Under the pieces are notes generated by a model. The model made no database searches, was not told where the DNA came from, and saw nothing but the letters and a program-made list of their open reading frames with translations. From a virus (lineage: Duplodnaviria > Heunggongvirae > Uroviricota > Caudoviricetes), in the IMG/VR virus record IMGVR_UViG_2880361019_000008: a stretch of 55,074 bases of DNA; one strand, given 5' to 3'. Within the stretch, counting starts at the first letter, position 1. Each line of letters opens with the position of its first letter. A program made the translations under genes and the position numbers. Positions 27,181-36,468 of the stretch are shown in pieces.

Positions 27181-28400
27181 CGGAACGGGAACTGTCCATT
27201 ATTCGTGCACTGGGAGAAGAATTCGCCACGGTGCTGGCGGATTTACAGCGCACATTTGAGGAGAAGATGGCCGCGCAGGCACAAGCGTTTGAAGAGAAAC
27301 TGGCTTCCCTGTCGGCGGTATTACAGAAGCATGTGACGGTGGATGAGGTACATCCGGTTCTGCAGGCGATGGTGGATGACGCTGTGGGGACCATTCCGGT
27401 ACCGCGTGATGGTCGTGATTATGATCCGGATGTACTGCAGCAGGCGGTGAATGATGCGGTTGCGAATATTCCGGTACCGGCGGACGGCAAAAGTATCACC
27501 CCCGATGATGTGCGTCCGATGCTTGAGCAGATGGTGAAAGAGGCCGTAAGCCATATCCCTGTTCCCCGCGATGGTCGTGATTACGATCCGGAAGTACTGA
27601 AGCAGGTGGTGAATGATGCTGTCGGGAGCATTCCTGTACCAGCAGACGGCAAAAGTATCACCCCCGATGATGTGCGTCCGATGCTTGAGCAGATGGTGAA
27701 AGAGGCGGTAAGCCATATTCCTGTTCCGCGTGATGGTCGTGACTACGATCCGGAAGTACTGAAGCAGGCGGTGAATGATGCGGTCGCGAAAATACCGGTG
27801 CCGGCAGACGGTAAAAGTATCACCCCGGATGATGTGCGTCCGATGCTTGAGCAGATGGTGAAGGAGGCGGTAAGCCATATTCCTGTTCCGAGCGACGGTC
27901 GTGACTATGATCCCGATGTTCTGCAGAAGGCGGTTCTGGATGCGGTGAGTGCCCTGCCGGCTCCGCAGGACGGGCGTGATGCTACGGCACTGGAAATACT
28001 CCCCGCCATTGACGATCAAAAATCCTTTCCCCGGGGCACGTATGCCACACACCAGGGCGGACTCTGGCGGGCGTATGAAAAAACGCACGGGATGCGGGGA
28101 TGGGAATGTCTGGTTGACGGGGTGGCGGATATTGACGTCAGCATGACGGGTGAACGGTTGTTCTCTGTGGTGGTCCGGCAGAGCAGTGGCCAGCGTACGG
28201 AAAAAACATTTTCCCTGCCGGTGATGCTCTACCGCGGTGTGTTCAGAGCCGGTGAAACCTACCACCCAGGCGATACAGTGACATGGGGGGGCTCGCTGTG
28301 GCACTGCAACAGTATGACCGGTGATAAACCCGGAGAAGCTCATTCATCAGCCTGGACCCTGGCTGCAAAACGTGGACGGGATGCTGGAGGCGGAAAATGA
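27177..28400 (+). CDS. Virion-associated protein with 47-aa tandem repeats (possible head decoration or fibre protein)
   Basis: Repeat unit IPVPRDGRDYDPEVLKQAVNDAV..IPVPADGKSITPDDVRPMLEQMVKEAVSH, about 3.5 copies. Confidence 0.55.
   Translation: MTERELSIIRALGEEFATVLADLQRTFEEKMAAQAQAFEEKLASLSAVLQKHVTVDEVHPVLQAMVDDAVGTIPVPRDGRDYDPDVLQQAVNDAVANIPVPADGKSITPDDVRPMLEQMVKEAVSHIPVPRDGRDYDPEVLKQVVNDAVGSIPVPADGKSITPDDVRPMLEQMVKEAVSHIPVPRDGRDYDPEVLKQAVNDAVAKIPVPADGKSITPDDVRPMLEQMVKEAVSHIPVPSDGRDYDPDVLQKAVLDAVSALPAPQDGRDATALEILPAIDDQKSFPRGTYATHQGGLWRAYEKTHGMRGWECLVDGVADIDVSMTGERLFSVVVRQSSGQRTEKTFSLPVMLYRGVFRAGETYHPGDTVTWGGSLWHCNSMTGDKPGEAHSSAWTLAAKRGRDAGGGK
27390..27960. repeat. Tandem 141-bp coding repeats (about 3.5 copies)
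   Basis: Near-identical DNA blocks visible between 27400 and 27900. Confidence 0.7.
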
Positions 28401-28723
28401 CGGCATTACTGACACTGGAAGAGATCAAGGCACATCTGCGTGTCGACCATGACGCGGATGATGACATGCTGATGGACAAGGTTCGTCAGGCTACCGCCGT
28501 GCTGCTGGCCTACATTCAGGGCAGTCGGGATAAGGTGATTCGTGAGGACGGTGAACTGATCCCGGGCGAGGCATTAACCCGGATGAAGGGGGCTGCCATG
28601 CGACTGACCGGGATGCTGTACCGGAATCCGGATCTTGCGGAGCGGGAAGAACTGATTCAGGGAGAACTGCCGTTTTCTGTTTCCGTGCTGATTTACGATT
28701 TGCGTTGTCCGACGGTGTTATGA
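28397..28723 (+). CDS. Head-tail connector protein
   Basis: 108-aa ORF in conserved head-tail joining position. Confidence 0.55.
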   Translation: MTALLTLEEIKAHLRVDHDADDDMLMDKVRQATAVLLAYIQGSRDKVIREDGELIPGEALTRMKGAAMRLTGMLYRNPDLAEREELIQGELPFSVSVLIYDLRCPTVL

Positions 28724-28733
28724 GGAGGGAGGA

Positions 28734-29084
28734 ATGGCAATATCTGCAGGTCGTCTGACACAGATGATAAGTGTTCTGAAGCCGGTGTTAACCCGTAATG
28801 CTGCCGGAGAAATGACGGAAAAATGGGTGTCATGCGGGAAAATTCATGCGGATATCCGTGGCAGGAGCAGCCGGGAGCGGATGCAGTCCGGTGCGGAAAT
28901 GGCGCAGGCGGAAATCCGCATCTGGGTGCGCGGTCAGTCCGGCCGGGAAATCACGGCAGCGTCACGACTTCATGTGCTGAGTGGTCCATGGCGTGACCGG
29001 ATCCTGAACGTTGTCGGGCTGCCCGTGCCGGATGCGACCGGCGGGCGTCTGGAAATTCTCTGTCGGCTGGGAGGGGAAAAATGA
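28734..29084 (+). CDS. Head-tail adaptor / head closure protein
   Basis: 116-aa ORF, position and size. Confidence 0.55.
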   Translation: MAISAGRLTQMISVLKPVLTRNAAGEMTEKWVSCGKIHADIRGRSSRERMQSGAEMAQAEIRIWVRGQSGREITAASRLHVLSGPWRDRILNVVGLPVPDATGGRLEILCRLGGEK

Positions 29085-29527
29085 TCGAAACCCTGCTGGA
29101 TTTTTCGGGGCTGGAGGACATCAGCCGCGATTTGCAGCTTCTGAGTGGTGCGGAAAATAACCGGGTGCTGCGTGAGGCAACCCGTGCGGGTGCGAATGTG
29201 CTGAAAGAAGAAGTGGTGTCACGGGCACCGGTACGCAGGGGAAAACTGCGCCGCAATGTGGTGGTCCTTTCCCGGCGCTCCCGCGATGGCGGGATGGAAT
29301 CCGGTGTCCATATCCGTGGTGTTAATCCGGACACCGGTAACAGCGATAACACCATGAAGGCGGATAACCCGCGCAATGCTTTCTACTGGCGGTTTGTGGA
29401 AATGGGGACCGTGAATATGCCACCGCACCCGTTTGTGCGCCCGGCGTTTGATGTGCGCAGTGAACAGGCAGCTCAGGTGGCGATTGCGCGGATGAACCGG
29501 GCCATTGATGAGGTACTGAGACGATGA
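29081..29527 (+). CDS. Tail-component / neck protein (HK97 gp10-like)
   Basis: 148-aa ORF, translationally coupled to neighbours. Confidence 0.55.
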   Translation: MIETLLDFSGLEDISRDLQLLSGAENNRVLREATRAGANVLKEEVVSRAPVRRGKLRRNVVVLSRRSRDGGMESGVHIRGVNPDTGNSDNTMKADNPRNAFYWRFVEMGTVNMPPHPFVRPAFDVRSEQAAQVAIARMNRAIDEVLRR

Positions 29528-29868
29528 CGGAGGCGGATTTGTATCCTTATCTGGCGCATCTTGCCGGCGGGCAGGTGTACCCGTATGTGGTCCCCCTGCT
29601 GGATGGCAGGCCGTCGGTGGCGCTTCCGTGGGTGGTTTTCAGCCTGATTTCATCGGTGTCGGCGGACGTGATGGGCGGGCAGGCGGAGTCCTCAGTGTCG
29701 GTGCAGATAGACGTTTATGCCGGGACTGTGACGCAGGCGCGTCAGATACGTCAGGACGCCCGTGAAGCCATAATGCTGCTGGCCCCGGGATCCGTCAGTG
29801 AAATGCAGGACTATATTCCGGAAAACCGCTGTTACCGTGCAACCCTGGAGTTTCAGGTCACGGTGTGA
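29524..29868 (+). CDS. Tail completion/terminator-like protein
   Basis: 114-aa ORF, position. Confidence 0.5.
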   Translation: MTEADLYPYLAHLAGGQVYPYVVPLLDGRPSVALPWVVFSLISSVSADVMGGQAESSVSVQIDVYAGTVTQARQIRQDAREAIMLLAPGSVSEMQDYIPENRCYRATLEFQVTV

Positions 29869-29896
29869 CTTTTTCTTTTTTCTACAAAACCCATAC

Positions 29897-29917
29897 CCCG
29901 CCGCGTGCGGGTTTTTT
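29897..29917 (+). terminator. Terminator-like hairpin upstream of the major tail gene
   Basis: CCCGC-CGCGT-GCGGG followed by T6. Confidence 0.4.
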
Positions 29918-29933
29918 ATTATCAGGAGGCAGA

Positions 29934-30650
29934 ATGTCTGCTTTGTATGAACGCTCACAGCTGACGCAGGTGATGATTTCATCTGCCCCGGCGACGGCTG
30001 AAACTATGGATAAGGCGGAATATCTGCGCCTGGACTGCACCATCAAGGAAGTGCAGTTCACCGCCGGGCAGAAACAGGATATTGATGTGACCACGCTCTG
30101 CTCCACAGAGCAGGAGAACATCAACGGTCTGGGGGCGTCGTCCGAGATTTCCATGTCGGGTAATTTTTATCTGAATCAGGCCCAGAGCGCCCTGCGTGAT
30201 GCCTATGACAATGACACGGTGTATGCGTTTAAGGTGCAGTTTCCGTCCGGTAAGGGCTTTAAGTTCCTGGCGGAAGTGCGTCAGCACACCTGGTCATCCG
30301 GTACCAACGGCGTGGTGGCTGCAACGTTTTCACTTCGCCTGAAGGGTAAACCGGTGTCCTATGTGGTACCGCTGGCGTTTGTGAAAAATCTGGATAAGAC
30401 ACTTACCGTGAATACCGGTGCGCTGCTGACAATGTCAGTCAGTGTCAACGGGGGAACGCCGCCTTATAAACACGCCTGGAAGAAGGATGGTCAGCCGGTA
30501 GAGGGACAGACTACTGACACTTTCAGTAAAGCCAATACGCAGTCAGGTGATAAGGGGGCTTATACCTGCGAGGTAACGGATTCTGCAGAACAGCCGCAGA
30601 GCATTACCTCTGATGCGTGTACAGTAACGGTTAATGGTGCGGGCGGATAA
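29934..30650 (+). CDS. Major tail protein with C-terminal Ig-like domain
   Basis: ATG preceded by AGGAGG; C-terminal Ig-like segment (..GAYTCEVTDSAEQPQSITSDACTVTV). Confidence 0.7.
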   Translation: MSALYERSQLTQVMISSAPATAETMDKAEYLRLDCTIKEVQFTAGQKQDIDVTTLCSTEQENINGLGASSEISMSGNFYLNQAQSALRDAYDNDTVYAFKVQFPSGKGFKFLAEVRQHTWSSGTNGVVAATFSLRLKGKPVSYVVPLAFVKNLDKTLTVNTGALLTMSVSVNGGTPPYKHAWKKDGQPVEGQTTDTFSKANTQSGDKGAYTCEVTDSAEQPQSITSDACTVTVNGAGG

Positions 30651-30655
30651 GGCTT

Positions 30656-31030
30656 ATGGCAAAAGATCTGAAAACACTGGCGCTGGCCAGACTGTCGGGG
30701 TTCCGTCATAAAACGGTGAAGGTGCCGGAATGGGGAAATGTCAGCGTGGTGCTGCGGGAGCCTTCGGCAGAGGCCTGGTATCTGTGGCAGGAAGTGCTCA
30801 ATGGTGATGGAGAGGATGACGATACCCTGTCGGTGGTGGCGAAAACCCGCCGTAACCTGGAAGCGGATGTGACGCTGTTCTGCGATGTCCTGTGTGATAC
30901 GGACCTGCAACGGGTGTTCACTCCGGACGACCGTGAGCAGGTGCTGGCCGTCTATGGTCCGGTACATGCCCGGTTGCTGCGTCAGGCACTGGAACTGATC
31001 GCTGATGCAGAGTCGGCCAGAAAAAAGTAG
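30656..31030 (+). CDS. G: Tail assembly chaperone (lambda G analogue)
   Basis: 124-aa ORF ending at slippery heptamer A_AAA_AAG. Confidence 0.7.
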   Translation: MAKDLKTLALARLSGFRHKTVKVPEWGNVSVVLREPSAEAWYLWQEVLNGDGEDDDTLSVVAKTRRNLEADVTLFCDVLCDTDLQRVFTPDDREQVLAVYGPVHARLLRQALELIADAESARKK

Positions 31031-31335
31031 CCCGCCCGGAAATTCGCTTTCTGATGCGACTTGCGCTCCGTCTGGGGCGCACCTTATCCGAACTGCGCCA
31101 CAGCCTGAGTGCGAGCGAGGCGATGATGTGGATGGAGTTCGACAGGGTATCCCCGCTGGGTGATGAGCGCGGGGATATCCGTAATGCACAGATCGTGAAA
31201 GCGGTTTTCGGGGCACAGGGGATGAATGTTGCACTGAAGGACGCCATGCTCTGCTGGGGCGAGGATGAGGACAAGCCGGAGGTGGATCCGTTTGCGGCGC
31301 TGGAAGATGCGCTGAGCCTTGCAGCAATGTCATAA
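30656..31335 (+). CDS. Tail assembly chaperone G-T fusion (product of -1 frameshift)
   Basis: -1 frame after 31021-31027 reads KKVARPEIRFLMRLALRLG.. continuous with the 31054..31335 ORF. Confidence 0.6.
31021..31027 (+). promoter_or_regulatory. Programmed -1 ribosomal frameshift slippery site A_AAA_AAG
   Basis: Heptamer in G frame 3 nt before G stop; -1 frame is open into the T-like ORF. Confidence 0.6.
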
Positions 31336-31385
31336 ATAATGATGAAAACCTGCTGTGGCAGTTTTTTTTGCCCGGAGAAAGGTGA

Positions 31386-34300
31386 ATGGCGACGTTACGT
31401 GAACTGATTATCAAAATTTCGGCAAATTCGCAGTCATTCCAGTCGGAGATCCAGCGGGCTTCCCGTATGGGCAGTGAATATTACCGGACCCTGCAGAATG
31501 GCGGGCGTCAGGCCGCTGCGGCAGCCCGGGAGCAGCGACGTGCCCTGGCAGAACTGAACAGCCAGTTGACGGAAATTCGCGGTTCTGCTGTCGGAATGGC
31601 TGGCGCATTTGCCGGTGCCTTTGCCACCGGACACCTGATTTCACTGGCTGATGAGTGGAGTTCCGTGAATGCCCGTCTGAAACAGGCATCACAGTCATCC
31701 GATGAATTTTCGTCATCACAGAAAGTGCTGATGGATATCAGCCAGCGGACAGGCACGGCATTTTCGGATAATGCGGCCCTGTTTGCCCGTTCGGCTGCCT
31801 CGATGCGTGAATATGGTTACAGTGCTGATGATGTGCTGAAGGTGACGGAGGCCATTTCCACGGGGCTGAAAATCTCCGGTGCCAGTACGGCTGAGGCGGG
31901 TTCGGTGATCACCCAGTTCAGCCAGGCGCTGGCACAGGGTGTGTTGCGCGGTGAGGAATTTAATTCGGTCAATGAAAGTGGTGACCGGATCATTCGTGCA
32001 CTGGCTGCAGGCATGGGCGTGGCCCGTAAAGATCTGAAGGCGATGGCGGACGACGGCAAACTGACGGCGGATAAAGTCGTGCCCGCGTTAATCAGCCAGC
32101 TGGGGACATTGCGTGATGAATATGCCGCCATGCCAGAAACGGTCTCTGACGGGATCACAAAGGTGGAAAACGCCTTTATGGCCTGGGTGGGTGGTGCGAA
32201 TGAGGCCAGCGGGGTGACGAAAACGCTCTCCGGCGTGCTGAACGGTGTTGCCGGACAGATTGATAATGTGGCAACAGCCGTGGGGGCACTGGTTGCCGTC
32301 GGGGTTGCCCGGTACTTTGGCAATATGGCCTCCGGAGCGATGTCTGCCACGGCAGGACTTGTGACGGCTGCACGTAATGAAGTTGCACTGGCGGAAGCAC
32401 AGTTCAGGGGAACGCAGATTGCCACGGCGCGGGCAAGAGCAGCCGTGTACCGTGCTCAGCAGGCCGTGGCGGCAGCCCGCGGGACGGAGATGCAGATTGC
32501 AGCAGAGGCCCGTCTGGCGGCCACACAGGAACGCCTGAACAGAAATATTGCTGCCAGAACCGCCGCCCAGAATGCGCTGAACAGTACAACGGCGGTGGGC
32601 TCACGTCTGATGAGCGGTGCGCTGGGACTGGTTGGAGGCGTACCCGGACTGGTGATGCTGGGAGCTGCCGCATGGTACACGCTGTACCAGAATCAGGAAC
32701 AGGCCAGGGAGTCTGCGCGCCAGTATGCACTGACGATAGATGAAATCGCGCATAAAACGCCATCAATGTCTCTGCCTGAAGCCTCAGATAACGAAGGGCG
32801 AACACGGGAGGCGCTGACAGAGCAAAACCGGCTGATTGATGAGCAGGCCAGCCGGGTGAAATCCCTGCAGGAAAAAATCGCCGGGTATCAGTATGTGCTG
32901 GCTAATCCGGGCTGGACGACCGGTAACGGCTTCATGATAAACCATCAGACATCGGTGAAAACTGTAACGGAAGAGCTTGCTCAGGCAACAGAGCAGCTTG
33001 CCGTTGAGCAGTCCCGTCTGGCACAGATGCAGGAAAAAGCGCAGTCCATTCAGGATGTGCTTGCCGGGCTGGAAGACCGTCGTGTGGCGTTAATTCGTCA
33101 GCAGGCGGCAGAGCAGAATAAGGTGTACCAGTCCATGCTGGTTATGAACGGTCAGCATACGGAATTCAACCGTCTGCTGGGGCTGGGGAATGAACTGCTT
33201 CAGCAGCGGCAGGGACTGGTGAATGTGCCGTTACGGCTGCCACAGGCCACTCAGGATGATAAACAGCAGAGTGCCCTGACAAAAACAGAGCGTGAGCTGG
33301 CCCTGTCCAGACTGAAAGGGGAAGAAAAAGAGCGTGTCCGACTGGGGTATGCGGCGGATGACCTCGGTTTTGTGGGTGATCCGTATCAGGAGGCGAGACA
33401 ACGTTATATCAGTAATGCCCTGGAAGCCTGGCGCAATAACGAGGCGAATAAACCCAAATCCCGGGGTGGAAAATCAGAGACGGAAAAAGCGGAAGACAGT
33501 TTTTCCCGGCTGCTGAAGCAGCAGAAAGAGCAACTGGCACTGGCCGGTCAGAACACGGAGCTGGCGAAGCTGAAGTACCAGACAGCGCTGGGTGAACTGA
33601 AAACCCTGTCGGAGATACAGAAGCAGGAGCTGCTGCGTAACGCGGCCCTGATTGACCAGCAAAAAATCCGGGAACAGTTGCGATCCCGGGAAGAGACCCT
33701 GAAGAATGATAATGTGGCTGCGTGTGCATCAAATGAAGCCGAACTGCTGGGGTACGGGCAGGGAGAACGAGCCAGGGAACGCATGCGGGAGTTGCAGCAG
33801 ATCCGCGACAGCTTCCGCCAGAAGGATGCGGACCTTCAGTCTCAGTATCAGACCGGGGATATCAGTGAGGATTTTTACAGACAGGCGCTGGCGCAGAATG
33901 CACAGTATCTGAGTGAACGTCTGAAAGAGCAGGAAGCCTTTTATGCCGAATCGGATGTGCAGCGTGCGGACTGGCAGAAAGGGCTGCTGGAGGGATTCAG
34001 TAACTGGGTGGATAATGCGTCCGATTACGCCTCACAGGCAGCACAGCTTGCGACGGAGGGGATCTCAGGGATGGTGAATAACATCACGGAGATGCTGAAC
34101 GGAAATAAAGTGGAATGGCGCAGCTGGGCCTCATCAGTGCTGCAGGAAATATCAAAAGTTCTTATGAATGCCGCGATTGTCAACGGAATTAAGACGGCGG
34201 CAAACGGTATGTCCGGTGCGGGAGGATTTCTCGGCAGCATTGGTGACTGGCTGGGCGGGGCGGTGGCCAATGCAAAAGGCGGCGTGTATACCTCGGCAAA

Positions 34301-34628
34301 CCTGAGTGCGTACAGCAACAGTATTGTGGATACGCCCACGTACTTTGCCTTTGCAAAAGGGGCCGGGCTGATGGGGGAGGCCGGACCTGAAGCCATTATG
34401 CCTCTGACGCGGGCGGCGGATGGCTCGCTGGGTGTGCGCGCGGTGGGTAGTATGTACGGCAGTGCGGGTCTGGTGTATTCCCCGGTCTACCATATCGCCA
34501 TTCAGAATGACGGGACTAATGGCCAGATAGGGCCGGAGGCGGCAGGCAGCCTTGTGCAACTGATTGACCAGCGGGTGCAGGCGGTGATGCTGTCCATGCG
34601 ACGTGACGGAGGAATGCTGAGTGGCTGA
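31386..34628 (+). CDS. H: Tail tape measure protein
   Basis: 1080-aa largely helical ORF in canonical position. Confidence 0.85.
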   Translation: MATLRELIIKISANSQSFQSEIQRASRMGSEYYRTLQNGGRQAAAAAREQRRALAELNSQLTEIRGSAVGMAGAFAGAFATGHLISLADEWSSVNARLKQASQSSDEFSSSQKVLMDISQRTGTAFSDNAALFARSAASMREYGYSADDVLKVTEAISTGLKISGASTAEAGSVITQFSQALAQGVLRGEEFNSVNESGDRIIRALAAGMGVARKDLKAMADDGKLTADKVVPALISQLGTLRDEYAAMPETVSDGITKVENAFMAWVGGANEASGVTKTLSGVLNGVAGQIDNVATAVGALVAVGVARYFGNMASGAMSATAGLVTAARNEVALAEAQFRGTQIATARARAAVYRAQQAVAAARGTEMQIAAEARLAATQERLNRNIAARTAAQNALNSTTAVGSRLMSGALGLVGGVPGLVMLGAAAWYTLYQNQEQARESARQYALTIDEIAHKTPSMSLPEASDNEGRTREALTEQNRLIDEQASRVKSLQEKIAGYQYVLANPGWTTGNGFMINHQTSVKTVTEELAQATEQLAVEQSRLAQMQEKAQSIQDVLAGLEDRRVALIRQQAAEQNKVYQSMLVMNGQHTEFNRLLGLGNELLQQRQGLVNVPLRLPQATQDDKQQSALTKTERELALSRLKGEEKERVRLGYAADDLGFVGDPYQEARQRYISNALEAWRNNEANKPKSRGGKSETEKAEDSFSRLLKQQKEQLALAGQNTELAKLKYQTALGELKTLSEIQKQELLRNAALIDQQKIREQLRSREETLKNDNVAACASNEAELLGYGQGERARERMRELQQIRDSFRQKDADLQSQYQTGDISEDFYRQALAQNAQYLSERLKEQEAFYAESDVQRADWQKGLLEGFSNWVDNASDYASQAAQLATEGISGMVNNITEMLNGNKVEWRSWASSVLQEISKVLMNAAIVNGIKTAANGMSGAGGFLGSIGDWLGGAVANAKGGVYTSANLSAYSNSIVDTPTYFAFAKGAGLMGEAGPEAIMPLTRAADGSLGVRAVGSMYGSAGLVYSPVYHIAIQNDGTNGQIGPEAAGSLVQLIDQRVQAVMLSMRRDGGMLSG

Positions 34629-34962
34629 GATAAAAACGCTGCATCTGGTCCCGCGTGAAGGGATGCAGGTGAGTGAGAAACCGTCGGTGGCGAGGGTACG
34701 GTTTGGTGACGGTTATGAACAGCGTCGCCCCACAGGGCTGAATCCTCAACTGAAGACGTTTCAGGCGGTGTTCCGGGTGATGGATGAGTCAACCCGGCGC
34801 TGGCTGGATGAATTTTTATCCTGGCATGGTGGTTACCGTGCCTTTTTGTGGCGACCGCCGAAACATAACCGGACGGTGAGGGTGGTGTGCCGGGAGTGGA
34901 GCGTCACGGATAACGCCCGGTACAGTGATTTCAGCTGTACGATTGAGCAGGTGGTGAACTGA
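34621..34962 (+). CDS. M: Minor tail protein M
   Basis: 113-aa ORF following tape measure gene. Confidence 0.8.
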   Translation: MAEIKTLHLVPREGMQVSEKPSVARVRFGDGYEQRRPTGLNPQLKTFQAVFRVMDESTRRWLDEFLSWHGGYRAFLWRPPKHNRTVRVVCREWSVTDNARYSDFSCTIEQVVN

Positions 34963-35660
34963 TGCAGAATATTCATGAAGAAAGCCTGAACGAGTCGGTT
35001 AAATCAGAACAGTCACCGCGGGTGGTGCTCTGGGAAATTGACCTGACGGTGCAGGGCGGTGAGCGCTATTTTTTCTGCAATGAACTGAATGAAAAAGGGG
35101 AGCCGGTCACCTGGCAGGGGCGTGAATATCAGGCGTACCCGATTGACGGCAGCGGCTTTGAGATGAACGGGAAGGGCAGCAGTGCCAGACCGTCGCTGAC
35201 GGTGTCCAATCTGTTTGGCCTTGTCACCGGAATGGCGGAGGACCTGCAGAGCCTGGTGGGGGCCACGGTGGTCCGCCGCCGGGTGTATGCCCGTTTTCTG
35301 GATGCGGTGAATTTTGTGGCGGGCAATCCGGAAGCGGACCCGGAGCAGGAGCTGAGTGACCGCTGGGTGGTGGAGCAGATGTCGCAGCTGACAGCCATGA
35401 CGGCCTCGTTTGTGCTGGCCACACCGACGGAGACGGACGGAGCGCTGTTTCCCGGTCGCATCATGCTGGCGAACACCTGTATGTGGGATTACCGGGGAGA
35501 TGAATGCGGGTATAACGGTCCTGCGGTGGCGGATGAGTTCGACAACCCCACCACGGATATCCGTAAGGACAGATGCAGCAAGTGCATGCGCGGGTGTGAG
35601 ATGCGCGGCATGGTGGCTAATTTTGGCGGTTTCCTTTCCATTAATAAACTTTCGCAGTAA
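34962..35660 (+). CDS. L: Minor tail protein L
   Basis: 232-aa ORF with C-terminal Cys cluster (CSKCMRGCEMRG). Confidence 0.85.
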   Translation: MQNIHEESLNESVKSEQSPRVVLWEIDLTVQGGERYFFCNELNEKGEPVTWQGREYQAYPIDGSGFEMNGKGSSARPSLTVSNLFGLVTGMAEDLQSLVGATVVRRRVYARFLDAVNFVAGNPEADPEQELSDRWVVEQMSQLTAMTASFVLATPTETDGALFPGRIMLANTCMWDYRGDECGYNGPAVADEFDNPTTDIRKDRCSKCMRGCEMRGMVANFGGFLSINKLSQ

Positions 35661-35670
35661 ATCCCGGTTT

Positions 35671-35988
35671 ATGACACAGACTGAATCAGCGATTCTGGCG
35701 CATGCCCGGCGGTGTGCGCCTGCGGAGTCTTGCGGCTTCGTGATAAGCACGCCGGAGGGTGACCGAACGAAGGCTGGTACCAGATACGTATTGCTGGTGA
35801 GGACACGGCACCGGAGGCGGTGTATGCCCGCCTTCACGAACAACTGGGTGAGGGAACGGTCATCCATATTGTGCCGCGACTGGCCGGTGCAGGGAAAGGC
35901 GGACTGCAGATTGTGCTGGGGGCGGCAGCCATCGTGGGCTCTTTCTTCACGGCCGGAGCATCGATGGCAGCCTGGGGTGCAGCGCTGA
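35671..35988 (+). pseudogene. K: Tail assembly protein K remnant: first about 30 codons of K fused out of frame to gene I sequence
   Basis: MTQTESAILAHARRCAPAESCGFVISTPEG matches remembered lambda K N-terminus, then an Arg-rich out-of-frame tail. Confidence 0.65.
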
Positions 35989-36281
35989 GTGCCGGCGGTT
36001 TTTCTGCCACCACGATGCTGTTTTCACTGGGTGCCAGCATGATACTGGGTGGTGTGGCACAGATGCTGGCCCCGAAGCCAAAAACACCGGAATACAGGGC
36101 AACGGATAACGGTAAACAGAACACGTACTTTTCGTCGCTGGATAACATGATTGCCCAGGGGAACCCGATGCCGGTGCCTTACGGTGAAATGCTGGTTGGC
36201 TCCCGGCGAATCTCCCAGGACATCAGCACCCGTGATGAAGGCGGGGGCGGAAAGGTCGTGGTTATCGGGCGGCAGGGGTAA
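35763..36281 (+). pseudogene. I: Tail assembly protein I, 5'-truncated by the K-I deletion
   Basis: Frame reads EGWYQIRIAG...HIVPRLAGAGKGGLQIVLGAAAIVGSFFTAG.., matching the middle and C-terminus of remembered lambda I; frame closed upstream by TGA at 35760. Confidence 0.65.
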
Positions 36282-36296
36282 AAAGAATAAAAAAAT

Positions 36297-36320
36297 CCCG
36301 CAGTGTTGCGGAACTGCGGG
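36297..36320 (-). terminator. Minus-strand intrinsic terminator downstream of sodC
   Basis: Hairpin CCCGCAGT-N8-ACTGCGGG with T-run on minus strand. Confidence 0.5.
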
Positions 36321-36438
36321 AGCGTTACGAAGATTGAGTGTAAGGAATTATTCTTATGTCACGACAAAAACATTAACTCAGAGAGGGAGGATGTGCCGTT
36401 CTTTTCAGGGAGAAAGGATTTATCGTCCTGAGGAATAA

Positions 36439-36462
36439 AGGTAAGGGGCCCGCCCCTTACCT
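36439..36462. terminator. Strong hairpin (possible bidirectional terminator) between I and sodC
   Basis: 10-bp stem AGGTAAGGGG/CCCCTTACCT with 4-nt loop, 7 nt from sodC stop. Confidence 0.45.
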
Positions 36463-36468
36463 GACTGA

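Noticed and set aside
27321-28343. 340-aa minus-strand ORF
   Set aside because: Antisense to the tandem-repeat virion protein; an artefact of the repeats (His/Arg-rich)
31411-34792. Numerous antisense and out-of-frame ORFs inside the tape measure gene
   Set aside because: Typical of long, compositionally biased genes; the 1080-aa plus-strand frame explains the region
35410-35670. Upstream part of the 192-aa track ORF 35410..35988
   Set aside because: Overlaps the 3' end of gene L in another frame; only the segment from ATG 35671 matches gene K
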